A stretch of 64,000 nucleotides of DNA, taken from an uncultured Oscillospiraceae bacterium. GTDB lineage: Bacteria; Bacillota; Clostridia; Oscillospirales; CAG-382. A program made the translations under genes and the position numbers. The first letter of the stretch is position 1; each line of letters opens with the position of its first letter. The DNA is taken from contig CAZAJX010000001.1 in assembly GCA_964485815.1 (NCBI GenBank), forward strand, positions 7,866 to 71,865. Reading direction: 5' to 3'. Under the pieces are notes generated by a model. The model saw nothing but the letters and a program-made list of their open reading frames with translations, was not told the DNA's origin and did no database searches. Below, piece after piece: positions 47,807 through 56,894 of the stretch.

Positions 47807-49693
47807 TTGAAGCGTTTTATCGGTCTTACTCTTGTTACGGCGGTACTTTACGGTTTGTTATTGCCCATAACCGCAAGCGCGGTAACAATATATGATTACA
47901 CCCTTATCTACAAGGGAAAATCCTATGAATATTCCACCTGCTACACCTCCCAAGGCTCTCCATACACCTCGGTGGACGGAAAAGAGCTTACCGACGGCAA
48001 GCTTCCTGCCGATGATTACGGCACTGATTGGATCGCTTTTGATTACCGCCTTGAAGCGCCTATGTATGCCGTAATGGATCTGGGTAAGAGCTATGATGAT
48101 CTGGGAAAGTTCAGAGTATATCTTACCGCGACCAACCATTCCGGTATTGACAGACCCTCCGAATGCGTATTCTACGTTTCAGAAAACGGAAAAGATTTCA
48201 CCAAGGTTGGCGAAGGCAAATACGAGGACGAATCCGCAAGGAACACCTGGTGTACCCTTGAGCTTGACGGAAAAGTGAGCGGAAGATACGTTAAGGTTTC
48301 TTTCGGCGATTCACCTTTATCGGGAGTGTTCGTTTTCTGCGGTGAATTTGAGGTTTACACCATTCAGGGCAATGACGTTCCCGCCGCATCAATTCCCGGA
48401 ATTGAGATAATAGACGATTCTTATTTAAAGCTGGACGGCGATTACATAACAAAACTTCACCTTAATCATACGGTTGAATATGTGCTTAATAACCTTGACA
48501 GTACGGAAAAGGTATTTGCCTTTGATGCAAAAGGAAACAAGCTTTCGGAAAAAGACGTTTTAAAAACCGGAGATTACTTTGCAAAGATTATAAGCGATAC
48601 CGAAATAGACAGAATTTATGCGGTGGTTGAAGGAGATATTAACGGCGACGGTAAAATCAACTTATCCGATTACCTTTACAGCCTGCGCATAGACAAAAAC
48701 AATATTAAGGTTTCCGATGCGGGAAAGAAAGCAAATTGCGGAAAAGCACGCATCAAAAACCATATTACAGGAGCAGAAAATATGTTTGCCGCATATCCTC
48801 ATCATCCCGTTGCGCCCGACGTACACGTAACGGAATATGCAAAGCATTCCTTAACACTTACAAAAACAAACGATAAGCTTTATACGTTATCCACCACCGC
48901 TTCCAATGGAAAGCCCTTGACACAGACCTTCTATAAAACCGATTGGGGAACCTGGAATATAGGTGCGCTGTCCATCGGCAACGTTAATATTGCGGGCGGC
49001 GGTACCGACTGGGAATACGTTTTCCGCGCTAAAGGTGCCGAAGGCGGTTTTTCCGGCGGAAACCACGCCAACGAAATATTGGTTGAATTAAAAATATACG
49101 ACGGCGTTTCCGACAAAGAGATAAAGCTTTCAAGCGGACAAAAGGCGCAAAACCTTGAAAAAATTAAGATCGTTGAAAAAACAAAGCTGCACCTCGGAGA
49201 TTCCGACAACTGCTATGCCGCCGTTACACGAAACTATATGTTCTATGGCGAAACGATCACTCTGGATTGCGATTTTGAATTTATAACAGATATGGAGTTT
49301 TCCCTTTCTTATACCTGTATGTTCCCCGTTCCCAAGACGGTAGGATTATACTGTCTGTTCAGAAACGTTGACGGAACCGAGAATTACGTGGAAACTACGG
49401 AGGTAGGCAAAGCGGATTACAGCGGTCCTATGTATAAGGACAACGCCGCAACCGAATGTGTTATCTGGGGCAAAAAGAATAGAGATTACGCCTTTGTCGT
49501 TCAAGTCAGCACAGTTGAAGATTCCCTCGATAACTTCAGCAACCACGCAAAGACCTTCTATTGGGATATGAACACCACTTCCAACAAGCTGTATTTCTCC
49601 CGTTTTCCCGATTCTGCTTACGAAAAAGTGGAAAAAGGCACAAAATGGCACACATCCAGCGCTTGGACGGTTTTCTGTCTTGAGGACTACTAA
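47807..49693 (+). CDS. secreted protein with discoidin (F5/8 type C)-like domain and a dockerin/EF-hand-like Ca-binding repeat
   Basis: TTG start after AGGAGG. Signal peptide. Discoidin-like N-terminal domain (..GRYVKVSF). GDINGDGKINLSDYLY repeat. The large C-terminal region is unassigned. Confidence 0.6.
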   Translation: MKRFIGLTLVTAVLYGLLLPITASAVTIYDYTLIYKGKSYEYSTCYTSQGSPYTSVDGKELTDGKLPADDYGTDWIAFDYRLEAPMYAVMDLGKSYDDLGKFRVYLTATNHSGIDRPSECVFYVSENGKDFTKVGEGKYEDESARNTWCTLELDGKVSGRYVKVSFGDSPLSGVFVFCGEFEVYTIQGNDVPAASIPGIEIIDDSYLKLDGDYITKLHLNHTVEYVLNNLDSTEKVFAFDAKGNKLSEKDVLKTGDYFAKIISDTEIDRIYAVVEGDINGDGKINLSDYLYSLRIDKNNIKVSDAGKKANCGKARIKNHITGAENMFAAYPHHPVAPDVHVTEYAKHSLTLTKTNDKLYTLSTTASNGKPLTQTFYKTDWGTWNIGALSIGNVNIAGGGTDWEYVFRAKGAEGGFSGGNHANEILVELKIYDGVSDKEIKLSSGQKAQNLEKIKIVEKTKLHLGDSDNCYAAVTRNYMFYGETITLDCDFEFITDMEFSLSYTCMFPVPKTVGLYCLFRNVDGTENYVETTEVGKADYSGPMYKDNAATECVIWGKKNRDYAFVVQVSTVEDSLDNFSNHAKTFYWDMNTTSNKLYFSRFPDSAYEKVEKGTKWHTSSAWTVFCLEDY

Positions 49694-49710
49694 TACCAAT
49701 ATACATATTT

Positions 49711-49742
49711 TCCCGTAGTGGTCTTCACTACGGGATTTTTAT
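49711..49742 (+). terminator. intrinsic terminator
   Basis: CCCGTAGTG-GTCTT-CACTACGGG followed by ATTTTT. Confidence 0.75.
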
Positions 49743-49767
49743 ATACATATAATAATATTAAAAAGGA

Positions 49768-50004
49768 GTGATGAAAATGGACACTGTTTTAGTGCTAACG
49801 TCAATGACTTACGCATACAAAGCGCAAGAATTACTGAACAAACACGGAATAAAAAATTCCCTTACCAGAAACGCGCAGACACAGCGTATACGCGGCTGCG
49901 GATACGGAATAGTAATCGATACGAGCCAGAGCCAGTATGTGCAAAACCTGCTTTTAAACAACGGAGTAAAAATTGCAGGAATTACCGGAGTGAACAAAAG
50001 ATGA
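49768..50004 (+). CDS. DUF3343-like small protein (putative S/Se-handling partner)
   Basis: 78 aa. The pattern ...SMTYAYKAQELL.K.GI......P......GCGYGI resembles DUF3343. ATGA overlap with the desulfurase-like gene. Confidence 0.55.
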   Translation: MMKMDTVLVLTSMTYAYKAQELLNKHGIKNSLTRNAQTQRIRGCGYGIVIDTSQSQYVQNLLLNNGVKIAGITGVNKR

Positions 50005-51146
50005 TATATTTTGATCACGCCGCCACAGGAATGCCGAAAAGCGAAGGCGTTATAAACGCTGTGGCTTCTGCAATGAGATTCTGCGGAAATCCCGGACGCG
50101 GCAGCTACGAGCTTTCTGCGGCAGGCGACCGCGCATTGTTTAACTGCAGGAATGAATTGGCAAAATACTTTGATACCTCGCCTGAAAACTGTGTACTGAC
50201 AAAAAACACCACCGAGGCGCTGAATCTTGCCATAAAAGGCTATGTTTTGGGAGCAAAGAAGAAACTCCATATACTGGTTTCGGATTTTGACCACAATGCA
50301 GTTGCACGGGTAATATATAATCTTAAGCAAGAAGACAAAATAAAGGTAACCATTTTTGAATCCGATCTGTTTGACGATAAAAAAACTATAGAAAATTTCG
50401 AAAACAGCATTACCGCAGATACGTCACTTGCGGTTCTTACCCACGCTTCCAACGTATGCGGACGGATATTTCCCGTAAAAGAAATGGTAAAAGCGGCAAG
50501 GAGCCGCGGCATAACGGTTATCACCGATATTGCGCAGACCGCAGGAATACTGGATATAAAAGCCGGTGAATACGGAGATATTCTATGCTTACCCGGTCAT
50601 AAGGGACTCTACGGCCCTGCGGGAACGGGTGCGATGGTAATGGCAAAAGATTTTGATAAAGAATTACATCCGCTCATTCACGGAGGCACGGGCATACTGT
50701 CTGCTGATATGAAAATGCCCGCTCTTCCGCCTGAACGGTTTGAAGCGGGCAGTCTGAACGCACCTGCCTACGCAGGTCTTTGCACAGCGTTGAAAGAACT
50801 GAATTCAAGAGATAAAAAGCTCACTCAAAAAATATACAAATACCTTTTGAGCGAGCTGAAAAATATGAAAAGAATAACCGTGATAGGCGCACCCGATGAG
50901 GACAAAACAGAAAACTGGGTGCCGATAATACTTGTAAATCTATGGGGGTATCACAGTCAGGAAGCCGCCGAAATGCTGGCGGAAGAGAATATTGCCGTGA
51001 GAGGCGGATTACACTGTGCATATAAAGCCCACAAAAAGCTGGGAACACTTAAGACAGGCGGCTTGCGCATAAGCCTTGGAAGAGGAAACACTATGGTACA
51101 CGCAAAAGCGTTAATAGACACTCTCGCCCGCAAGGTGTCCCGTTGA
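50001..51146 (+). CDS. class V aminotransferase / cysteine desulfurase family protein
   Basis: 381 aa. PLP-Lys context PGHKGLYGPAGTG. THASNVCG segment. Confidence 0.8.
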   Translation: MIYFDHAATGMPKSEGVINAVASAMRFCGNPGRGSYELSAAGDRALFNCRNELAKYFDTSPENCVLTKNTTEALNLAIKGYVLGAKKKLHILVSDFDHNAVARVIYNLKQEDKIKVTIFESDLFDDKKTIENFENSITADTSLAVLTHASNVCGRIFPVKEMVKAARSRGITVITDIAQTAGILDIKAGEYGDILCLPGHKGLYGPAGTGAMVMAKDFDKELHPLIHGGTGILSADMKMPALPPERFEAGSLNAPAYAGLCTALKELNSRDKKLTQKIYKYLLSELKNMKRITVIGAPDEDKTENWVPIILVNLWGYHSQEAAEMLAEENIAVRGGLHCAYKAHKKLGTLKTGGLRISLGRGNTMVHAKALIDTLARKVSR

Positions 51147-52322
51147 AAAGGCGATCTGCAGATTATATCCGCCGGTATAAGCATCAACATCAATAACCTC
51201 ACCTGCAAAATACAGCCCTTTGACAAGACGGGATTCCATTGTCGAAGGGTTGATTTCTTTTACGTTTATTCCGCCCGAGGTAACGATAGCTTCCTCCACG
51301 GGACGGGTGCCCGTAACGGTAAAGCACAGTCCTTTAAGAAGATCGCAAATACGTCTGCGCTCCTCCTTGGTGATTTCGTTAACACGTTTTTCGGAAGAAA
51401 TGCCCGAAAGCTCAACGAAAACGGGAATAAGCTTTGAAGGAAGCAAGCCCGATAAAACGTTTGAATATATCTTGTTTTTGTTATCCGAAAAATCCCGAAG
51501 CAGACGTTTGTCCAGCGTGTCTTTATCCAATGCGGGCTTAAGGTCGATAGACATCTTAACGGGATAATTTTTACCGATAACGGCAGATGCGGAAAGGATA
51601 GTGGGTCCGCTCACGCCGAAATGGGTAAAAAGCAATTCCCCCTCATCGGAATACAGTATTTTTTCGTCTTTGGTAAACTTTACTGCTACGTTGCGGAGAG
51701 AAAGCCCCATAAGATCGCGGCAGGTCTTACCCTCGCACACCAACGGAACAAGTGATCCGCGGGGTGTAACCACGGTATGCCCCACCGCAGAGGCAAGAGC
51801 ATAACCATCTCCGGTAGAACCGGTACGGGGATATGACTTTCCTCCCGTAGCAATTATTATGTTCGGAGCGTAATAGGTGCGAAAATGGCATTTTACACCT
51901 ATAATTTCGCCGTTTTCGGTAAGAAGCTGTTTTGCAGTATCTTTTACGCAGGTGCAAAGCTTTTCTGTTTCGCGGCGAAGGCAATGACGGATATCCTGAG
52001 CGCTGTCACTTTCGGGAAAAACACGTCTGCCTCTCTCGGTCTTTAAAGGTATTCCGCGGGAGGAAAAAAACTCCATAGTATCTTCGGGAGAAAAATCCGT
52101 AACAGCACGGTACAAAAAGCGGGGATTAGTAGGTACGTTTTCCAAAAATTCGTTGAGGTTGCAATTATTGGTAAGGTTGCATCTTCCTTTTCCCGTAATA
52201 CCTATCTTTAAACCGAATTCTTTGTTTTTTTCGATAACAAGCACTTTGGCACCGTTTTGTGCCGCCGTGATCGCCGCCATCATTCCTGCGGCACCTGCGC
52301 CGATAACTATAACGTCCTGCAT
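51111..52322 (-). CDS. NAD(P)/FAD-dependent oxidoreductase, HI0933/BaiN family
   Basis: The ATG at 52322 (MQDVIVIGAGAAGMMAA). GKGRCNLTN and GGYNLQ motifs are typical of this family. Confidence 0.8.
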   Translation of the reverse strand: MQDVIVIGAGAAGMMAAITAAQNGAKVLVIEKNKEFGLKIGITGKGRCNLTNNCNLNEFLENVPTNPRFLYRAVTDFSPEDTMEFFSSRGIPLKTERGRRVFPESDSAQDIRHCLRRETEKLCTCVKDTAKQLLTENGEIIGVKCHFRTYYAPNIIIATGGKSYPRTGSTGDGYALASAVGHTVVTPRGSLVPLVCEGKTCRDLMGLSLRNVAVKFTKDEKILYSDEGELLFTHFGVSGPTILSASAVIGKNYPVKMSIDLKPALDKDTLDKRLLRDFSDNKNKIYSNVLSGLLPSKLIPVFVELSGISSEKRVNEITKEERRRICDLLKGLCFTVTGTRPVEEAIVTSGGINVKEINPSTMESRLVKGLYFAGEVIDVDAYTGGYNLQIAFSTGHLAGESVY

Positions 52323-52945
52323 ACAGACAACACCTCCTCGCTGAAAATGCTCCACGGATACCCGGAAACAGGCGGAACGGAAACGACGGTATGTCCTTTC
52401 CCACACGAAACAAAGCTTAATTTATATGACCACAACGCGGTTTTATCCCCTGCACCGCCGTAACGCTTATCGCCGTAAAGGGGTGTTTTGCGGGAGGAGA
52501 ACTGCAAACGTATCTGGTGCGTTCTGCCCGTTATCATTTTGGCTTTTACAAGGGCGTACCCCTCTTTTTCTGCAAGTACGGTGTATTCAAGAGAGGCTTC
52601 TCTTACCCCTCTCCGCATACGCTTTACCACGTAGGATTTGTTTTTTTGTGTATCGTGATACACAAGGTCGGAAAGGACACCGCTTTTTTCGGGCAAAGAA
52701 CCGACGGTTACAAACAGATACTCTTTATCAAAGCCCGCAAAGCGCAATTTTTCCGCATTTGCGGAGGTAGTGCCAAGCAATACCGCGCCCCCTGCAACCT
52801 TATCTATACGGTGGACGGGATATGCTTCACCGCCGCAAGCGTTTCTTACAAGAGCGGGCAAACTATGCTCCCCTGTGTCCTCGCACACCGTGCCTATATC
52901 CTTTTGCGCTACTATGCAATTTTTATCCCGATAAAGTATATCCAT
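52307..52945 (-). CDS. RluA-family pseudouridine synthase (no S4 domain)
   Basis: 212 aa. Catalytic-Asp motif HRIDKVAGG. TGRTHQIR motif. Confidence 0.65.
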   Translation of the reverse strand: MDILYRDKNCIVAQKDIGTVCEDTGEHSLPALVRNACGGEAYPVHRIDKVAGGAVLLGTTSANAEKLRFAGFDKEYLFVTVGSLPEKSGVLSDLVYHDTQKNKSYVVKRMRRGVREASLEYTVLAEKEGYALVKAKMITGRTHQIRLQFSSRKTPLYGDKRYGGAGDKTALWSYKLSFVSCGKGHTVVSVPPVSGYPWSIFSEEVLSVCRTL

Positions 52946-53082
52946 TATATTTCACCTGCCGATATATGATTTTACCACACCGAAGACGGTTTCGCAAGGA
53001 AAATAAACAAAATACTTTACTTTTGAAAATACCGATAGTATAATATTTACATTCAATATCTGAAAAAGGAAGATAACTTGCG

Positions 53083-54864
53083 ATGAAAAGATTATTGGGG
53101 TTTGTTTTGAGTGTTATTATGTTAACCTCTCTGCTTATAGCCACACCGTATCCGGTGGAAGCCGAAGGTGATAAAAACTACAACGGCTTGAAGGTTGCAT
53201 ATATACCCATTGACAACCGTCCCGTTAATTATGACCGTGCGATAATGCTGGCAAAAAGCGTGGGAATCGATCTGGTAACGCCCGAAGAGGACTTATTCAG
53301 AACAGCGCTTGACAATATGTCCCCCAATAAAAACGGTTCTACCTACGGCGACAGAGAAAAGCTTCTTGAATGGTTAAAGGAAACGGACAAGACCTGCGAT
53401 TATTTCGTGCTGTCCCTTGACCAGCTTTTAAGCGGCGGATTGGTTGCCTCCCGTTGGCTGGATAACACCGATCTTTCCTTTGAATTTGAGGTTGCGGATT
53501 ATATTATAAATCTTGCAAAAAACAACACGATAGTTCTTTTTGATACGGTAATGCGTCTTGCATCCACGGTAAATTACCAAGGCTACCAGATGAACGAGTA
53601 TAACAACCTCCGTTCTTACGGATCTATGGCGAGAAAGGTGCTTAAAGGAAACGAGCTTACCGTCAAAAATATAATCGCCGGCTACAAATACGCACCGAAC
53701 GGAAGCAAGATAAGCACGCCTCTTTCGGAAAATGCGGTGGACAAGTATCTCGCTTCCAGAACGAGAAAATTAAAGCTTATTGACTACATACTTTCCCAAT
53801 CCCTTGATGATCTTGAGTACTGCTATATCGGTGTGGACGATTCCTCCACTACCGAAAATATACAGACAAACGAGATAAATTATATATCAAACAAGCTGAA
53901 AAATAACGGAATGATATATGCGGGCACCGACGAATTGGGGCTTATGGGTATAACCCGTATTGTAACCAAGCTGTACGGAAAGGCGGAGATCGGTGTCACC
54001 TACTTCGGCGGAGGGGAAAATAATATTGCCGACGGATTCGATTTTGCAACACTGAAATATGAATTGGAAAATCATATAAAATCCCTTGATTGCACAGTCA
54101 CCGCAGGAGGAAAGGGCAAATTGCAAGTACTCTGTCTTACCCAAGGCGCAACCAACGCAACCGCAAAGCAGCTTGTTGACAAAGCAGAGGAATATATAAA
54201 AAAACAAATTCCCGTTATTATTATTGATCCCAACACGGGAACGGGAAGCGTTTTGGAAAAGGAACTGCTGAAGCGTAACTTTCCCCTTGCAATGATATTG
54301 GGATATTCCAACTGGAATACTGCGGCGAACGCTTTGGGAATTGCTTTATCAAACGGTATTTCAAGGTATTCATATCTTGCCAACTGTTCTCAAATTACCG
54401 AAGAAAGTCATTACGGATTTTTACAGACCATTGCATTCAGCGGTATGAAGGATATTTCCTACAAATATTTCGGATTTTCTATCGAAAGCCCTAACGCAAG
54501 CGGTAACGGAAGCTATACTCATATTCTTAAAATGATAAACAATTCCAATATGATAACCGATCTTTCAACCTACAGAGTCAACTCCCACGGCAAGGTTAAA
54601 GCGGATAATTTCAGATATCCTTGGGACAGAGCCTTTGAAATGGTGTGCGACGTATCAGTGGAAGGATTCGTTACAGGTGTTATCGGAGATATTTCCGATG
54701 ACAGAACAGTACGCATAAACGATTATCTGTTGGCTAAAAGAATTATTGCAAGTAACTATTCACCGAATGACGGTGAAACCGCCCGCGGCGATGCCGACGG
54801 AAACAGTAAAATTGACGAAAACGATTGTCTTATTATCAAAAACCAAATATTGAACGGCAAATAA
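53083..54864 (+). CDS. secreted DUF4127-like protein with C-terminal type-I-dockerin-like duplicated repeat
   Basis: Signal peptide. YIPIDNRPVN resembles the DUF4127 N-terminal signature. The C-terminus has GDISDDRTVRINDYLLAKRII plus GDADGNSKIDENDCLIIKNQIL. Confidence 0.6.
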   Translation: MKRLLGFVLSVIMLTSLLIATPYPVEAEGDKNYNGLKVAYIPIDNRPVNYDRAIMLAKSVGIDLVTPEEDLFRTALDNMSPNKNGSTYGDREKLLEWLKETDKTCDYFVLSLDQLLSGGLVASRWLDNTDLSFEFEVADYIINLAKNNTIVLFDTVMRLASTVNYQGYQMNEYNNLRSYGSMARKVLKGNELTVKNIIAGYKYAPNGSKISTPLSENAVDKYLASRTRKLKLIDYILSQSLDDLEYCYIGVDDSSTTENIQTNEINYISNKLKNNGMIYAGTDELGLMGITRIVTKLYGKAEIGVTYFGGGENNIADGFDFATLKYELENHIKSLDCTVTAGGKGKLQVLCLTQGATNATAKQLVDKAEEYIKKQIPVIIIDPNTGTGSVLEKELLKRNFPLAMILGYSNWNTAANALGIALSNGISRYSYLANCSQITEESHYGFLQTIAFSGMKDISYKYFGFSIESPNASGNGSYTHILKMINNSNMITDLSTYRVNSHGKVKADNFRYPWDRAFEMVCDVSVEGFVTGVIGDISDDRTVRINDYLLAKRIIASNYSPNDGETARGDADGNSKIDENDCLIIKNQILNGK

Positions 54865-54877
54865 TCATTCAAAAACT

Positions 54878-54907
54878 AAAGCGTTGCACTTAAAAATGCA
54901 ACGCTTT
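54878..54907. terminator. intrinsic terminator hairpin
   Basis: AAAGCGTTGCA-CTTAAAAA-TGCAACGCTTT. Confidence 0.65.
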
Positions 54908-54990
54908 ATTGTCGGGGTCCCCGGGAAGCCGCAAGGCTTCTTGGGGTGATTGTCGGGGTCCCCGGGAAGCCGCAAGGCTTCTTGGGGGTG
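54908..54990 (+). repeat. tandem duplication (41 + 42 nt) of a GC-rich hairpin element
   Basis: ATTGTCGGGGTCCCCGGGAAGCCGCAAGGCTTCTTGGGG(G)TG occurs twice back to back. Each unit can fold as CCCCGGGAAGCC-GCAA-GGCTTCTTGGGG. Confidence 0.85.
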
Positions 54991-56022
54991 TTATACGCTT
55001 TCTGCTATTTCGTAAATGAGCTTTTCCGTCTTTTCCCAGCCGATGCAAGGGTCGGTAATGGATTTTCCGTAGACGGCGGTATCGGATATTTTCTGGCATC
55101 CGTCCTCGATATAGCTTTCGATCATAAGTCCCTTTACCATTTTACGCAGATCATTGGAGCAACGGCGGGTGTGCATTACGTCCTTGGAAATTCGTATCTG
55201 CTCTAAAAATTGCTTGCCCGAATTGGAATGGTTGGTATCTATGATAACGGCGGGATTTTTAAGTTCCGATGCGGAATACAGATCGAACAGCCGTATAAGA
55301 TCCTCATAATGATAATTGGGCATTGACTGTCCGTGCTTATTTACGCTTCCGCGAAGGATAGCGTGGGTATAGGGATTTCCTTTTGAGGTAACCTCCCAGC
55401 TTCGGTATATAAAGGTGTGACCGTGCTGGGCGGCGTAAATGGCGTTCATCATAACCGAAAGATCGCCGCTGGTGGGGTTTTTCATACCCACGGGGATATC
55501 AAGTCCCGAAGAGGTAAGACGGTGGTTCTGGTTTTCCACGCTTCGTGCGCCGACGGCAACGTATGAAAGAAGATCCGAAAGATAGCGGTAGTTTTCGGGA
55601 TAAAGCATTTCGTCCGCACAGCCGAATCCCGTTTCCGCCAAAGCACGCATATGAAGCTGACGGATAGCGATAACACCCTTGATCACATCGGGCTTTTCAT
55701 GAGGATCGGGCTGGTGAAGCATTCCTTTATATCCTGCACCCGTGGTACGGGGCTTATTGGTATATATACGGGGAATGATTATTATCTTATCCGATACCTT
55801 GTCCTGCACGATACGAAGACGGTGGATATAATCGATTACAGCATCTTCTCTGTCTGCGGAGCAGGGCCCGATGACGAGAATAAATTTCTCGCTTTCGCCG
55901 CTGAACACCTTACGTATTTCCGCATCGTTTTTTTCTTTTACCTTTGCCATTTCCTCGGTAACGGGATATTGCTCCTTTATCTCCTGAGGAATGGGAAGCT
56001 TACGGTGAAATTCCATATTCAT
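54991..56022 (-). CDS. 3-deoxy-7-phosphoheptulonate (DAHP) synthase, class I alpha (AroG/F/H-like)
   Basis: 343 aa. VIGPCS, KPRTT, GARSVENQ, VGMKN, IIDTNHSNSGKQ and YGKSITDPCIGWE parallel E. coli AroG. Confidence 0.85.
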   Translation of the reverse strand: MNMEFHRKLPIPQEIKEQYPVTEEMAKVKEKNDAEIRKVFSGESEKFILVIGPCSADREDAVIDYIHRLRIVQDKVSDKIIIIPRIYTNKPRTTGAGYKGMLHQPDPHEKPDVIKGVIAIRQLHMRALAETGFGCADEMLYPENYRYLSDLLSYVAVGARSVENQNHRLTSSGLDIPVGMKNPTSGDLSVMMNAIYAAQHGHTFIYRSWEVTSKGNPYTHAILRGSVNKHGQSMPNYHYEDLIRLFDLYSASELKNPAVIIDTNHSNSGKQFLEQIRISKDVMHTRRCSNDLRKMVKGLMIESYIEDGCQKISDTAVYGKSITDPCIGWEKTEKLIYEIAESV

Positions 56023-56036
56023 ATATATTACCGTCC

Positions 56037-56894
56037 TTACTTTTTATCGAATTTTGTTCTGCGTTCCCCTGCTTTGCGCATCACTGCCCGCATCTCTTCA
56101 CGCTGACCGTTGGCAACATATTCCCTGAAACGGGAAAATTCTGCAGAAAACGCATCCATCTGCTTCAAAAGAGCATCTCTGTTCATCAAAAACAGTTCGC
56201 TCCACATCTCATCGTTTATTTTTGAAATACGGGTAAGATCCCTGAAGGAGTCGCCCGTATATTTTTCAAGCCCTTCCTCTTCGTTGGTAGTCATAAGCGT
56301 TACCGCAATACAGTGGGTAAGCTGGGAAAGAAACGCGATCATATCGTCGTGCTCCTCGGGAGAAAGTACGGAGATACGGGAAAAGCCCAATATCTCTCCC
56401 AACTGCTTGCAGGTTTCCACAGCCTCGGGAGTATTTTTTTCGGTGGGAGTTACGATATAATTTGCGTCTTTGAACACGCTGTCATCGCTGAATTCCACAC
56501 CGCTTCTTTCTCTGCCCGCCATAGGATGTGCGGAAACGTACTCAACGTCGGAGCGGAGCCTCCCTTGTACCTGATTAACAACCAGCGTTTTTACGCCCGT
56601 AATATCGGTAATAAGCGTACCGCTTCTAAAAAGATGCTGATACATTATTATCCACTTAACGAAGGCGGCGGGATATAGAGCGAAAACTATAAGATCTGCC
56701 TGAGCGATAAGTTTCTCATCGGGAGTGGTTGCGCCTTCCAATATCATGCCGCGCTCCAATGCGTAGTCTATATCTTTTTGCTCAAGAGTTATGGCGCGTA
56801 CCTTATATCCCTGCTTGGACAACGCAGAAGCATAGCTTCCGCCCATAAGACCTAAACCGATTATGAGAATGTTGGTATTCTTATCAATCTTCAT
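56037..56894 (-). CDS. tyrA: prephenate dehydrogenase
   Basis: 285 aa. NAD-binding segment IIGLGLMGGS, HPMAG motif, SHxxxxx helical dimerisation domain. Confidence 0.85.
   Translation of the reverse strand: MKIDKNTNILIIGLGLMGGSYASALSKQGYKVRAITLEQKDIDYALERGMILEGATTPDEKLIAQADLIVFALYPAAFVKWIIMYQHLFRSGTLITDITGVKTLVVNQVQGRLRSDVEYVSAHPMAGRERSGVEFSDDSVFKDANYIVTPTEKNTPEAVETCKQLGEILGFSRISVLSPEEHDDMIAFLSQLTHCIAVTLMTTNEEEGLEKYTGDSFRDLTRISKINDEMWSELFLMNRDALLKQMDAFSAEFSRFREYVANGQREEMRAVMRKAGERRTKFDKK

Noticed and set aside
51111-51146. 36-nt overlap of the 3' ends of convergent genes (desulfurase-like + and BaiN-like -) with no terminator between them
   Set aside because: It is real in the sequence. However, both C-termini are plausible and such overlaps occur without special function. 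No structure or motif was seen that would make it more than a curiosity.
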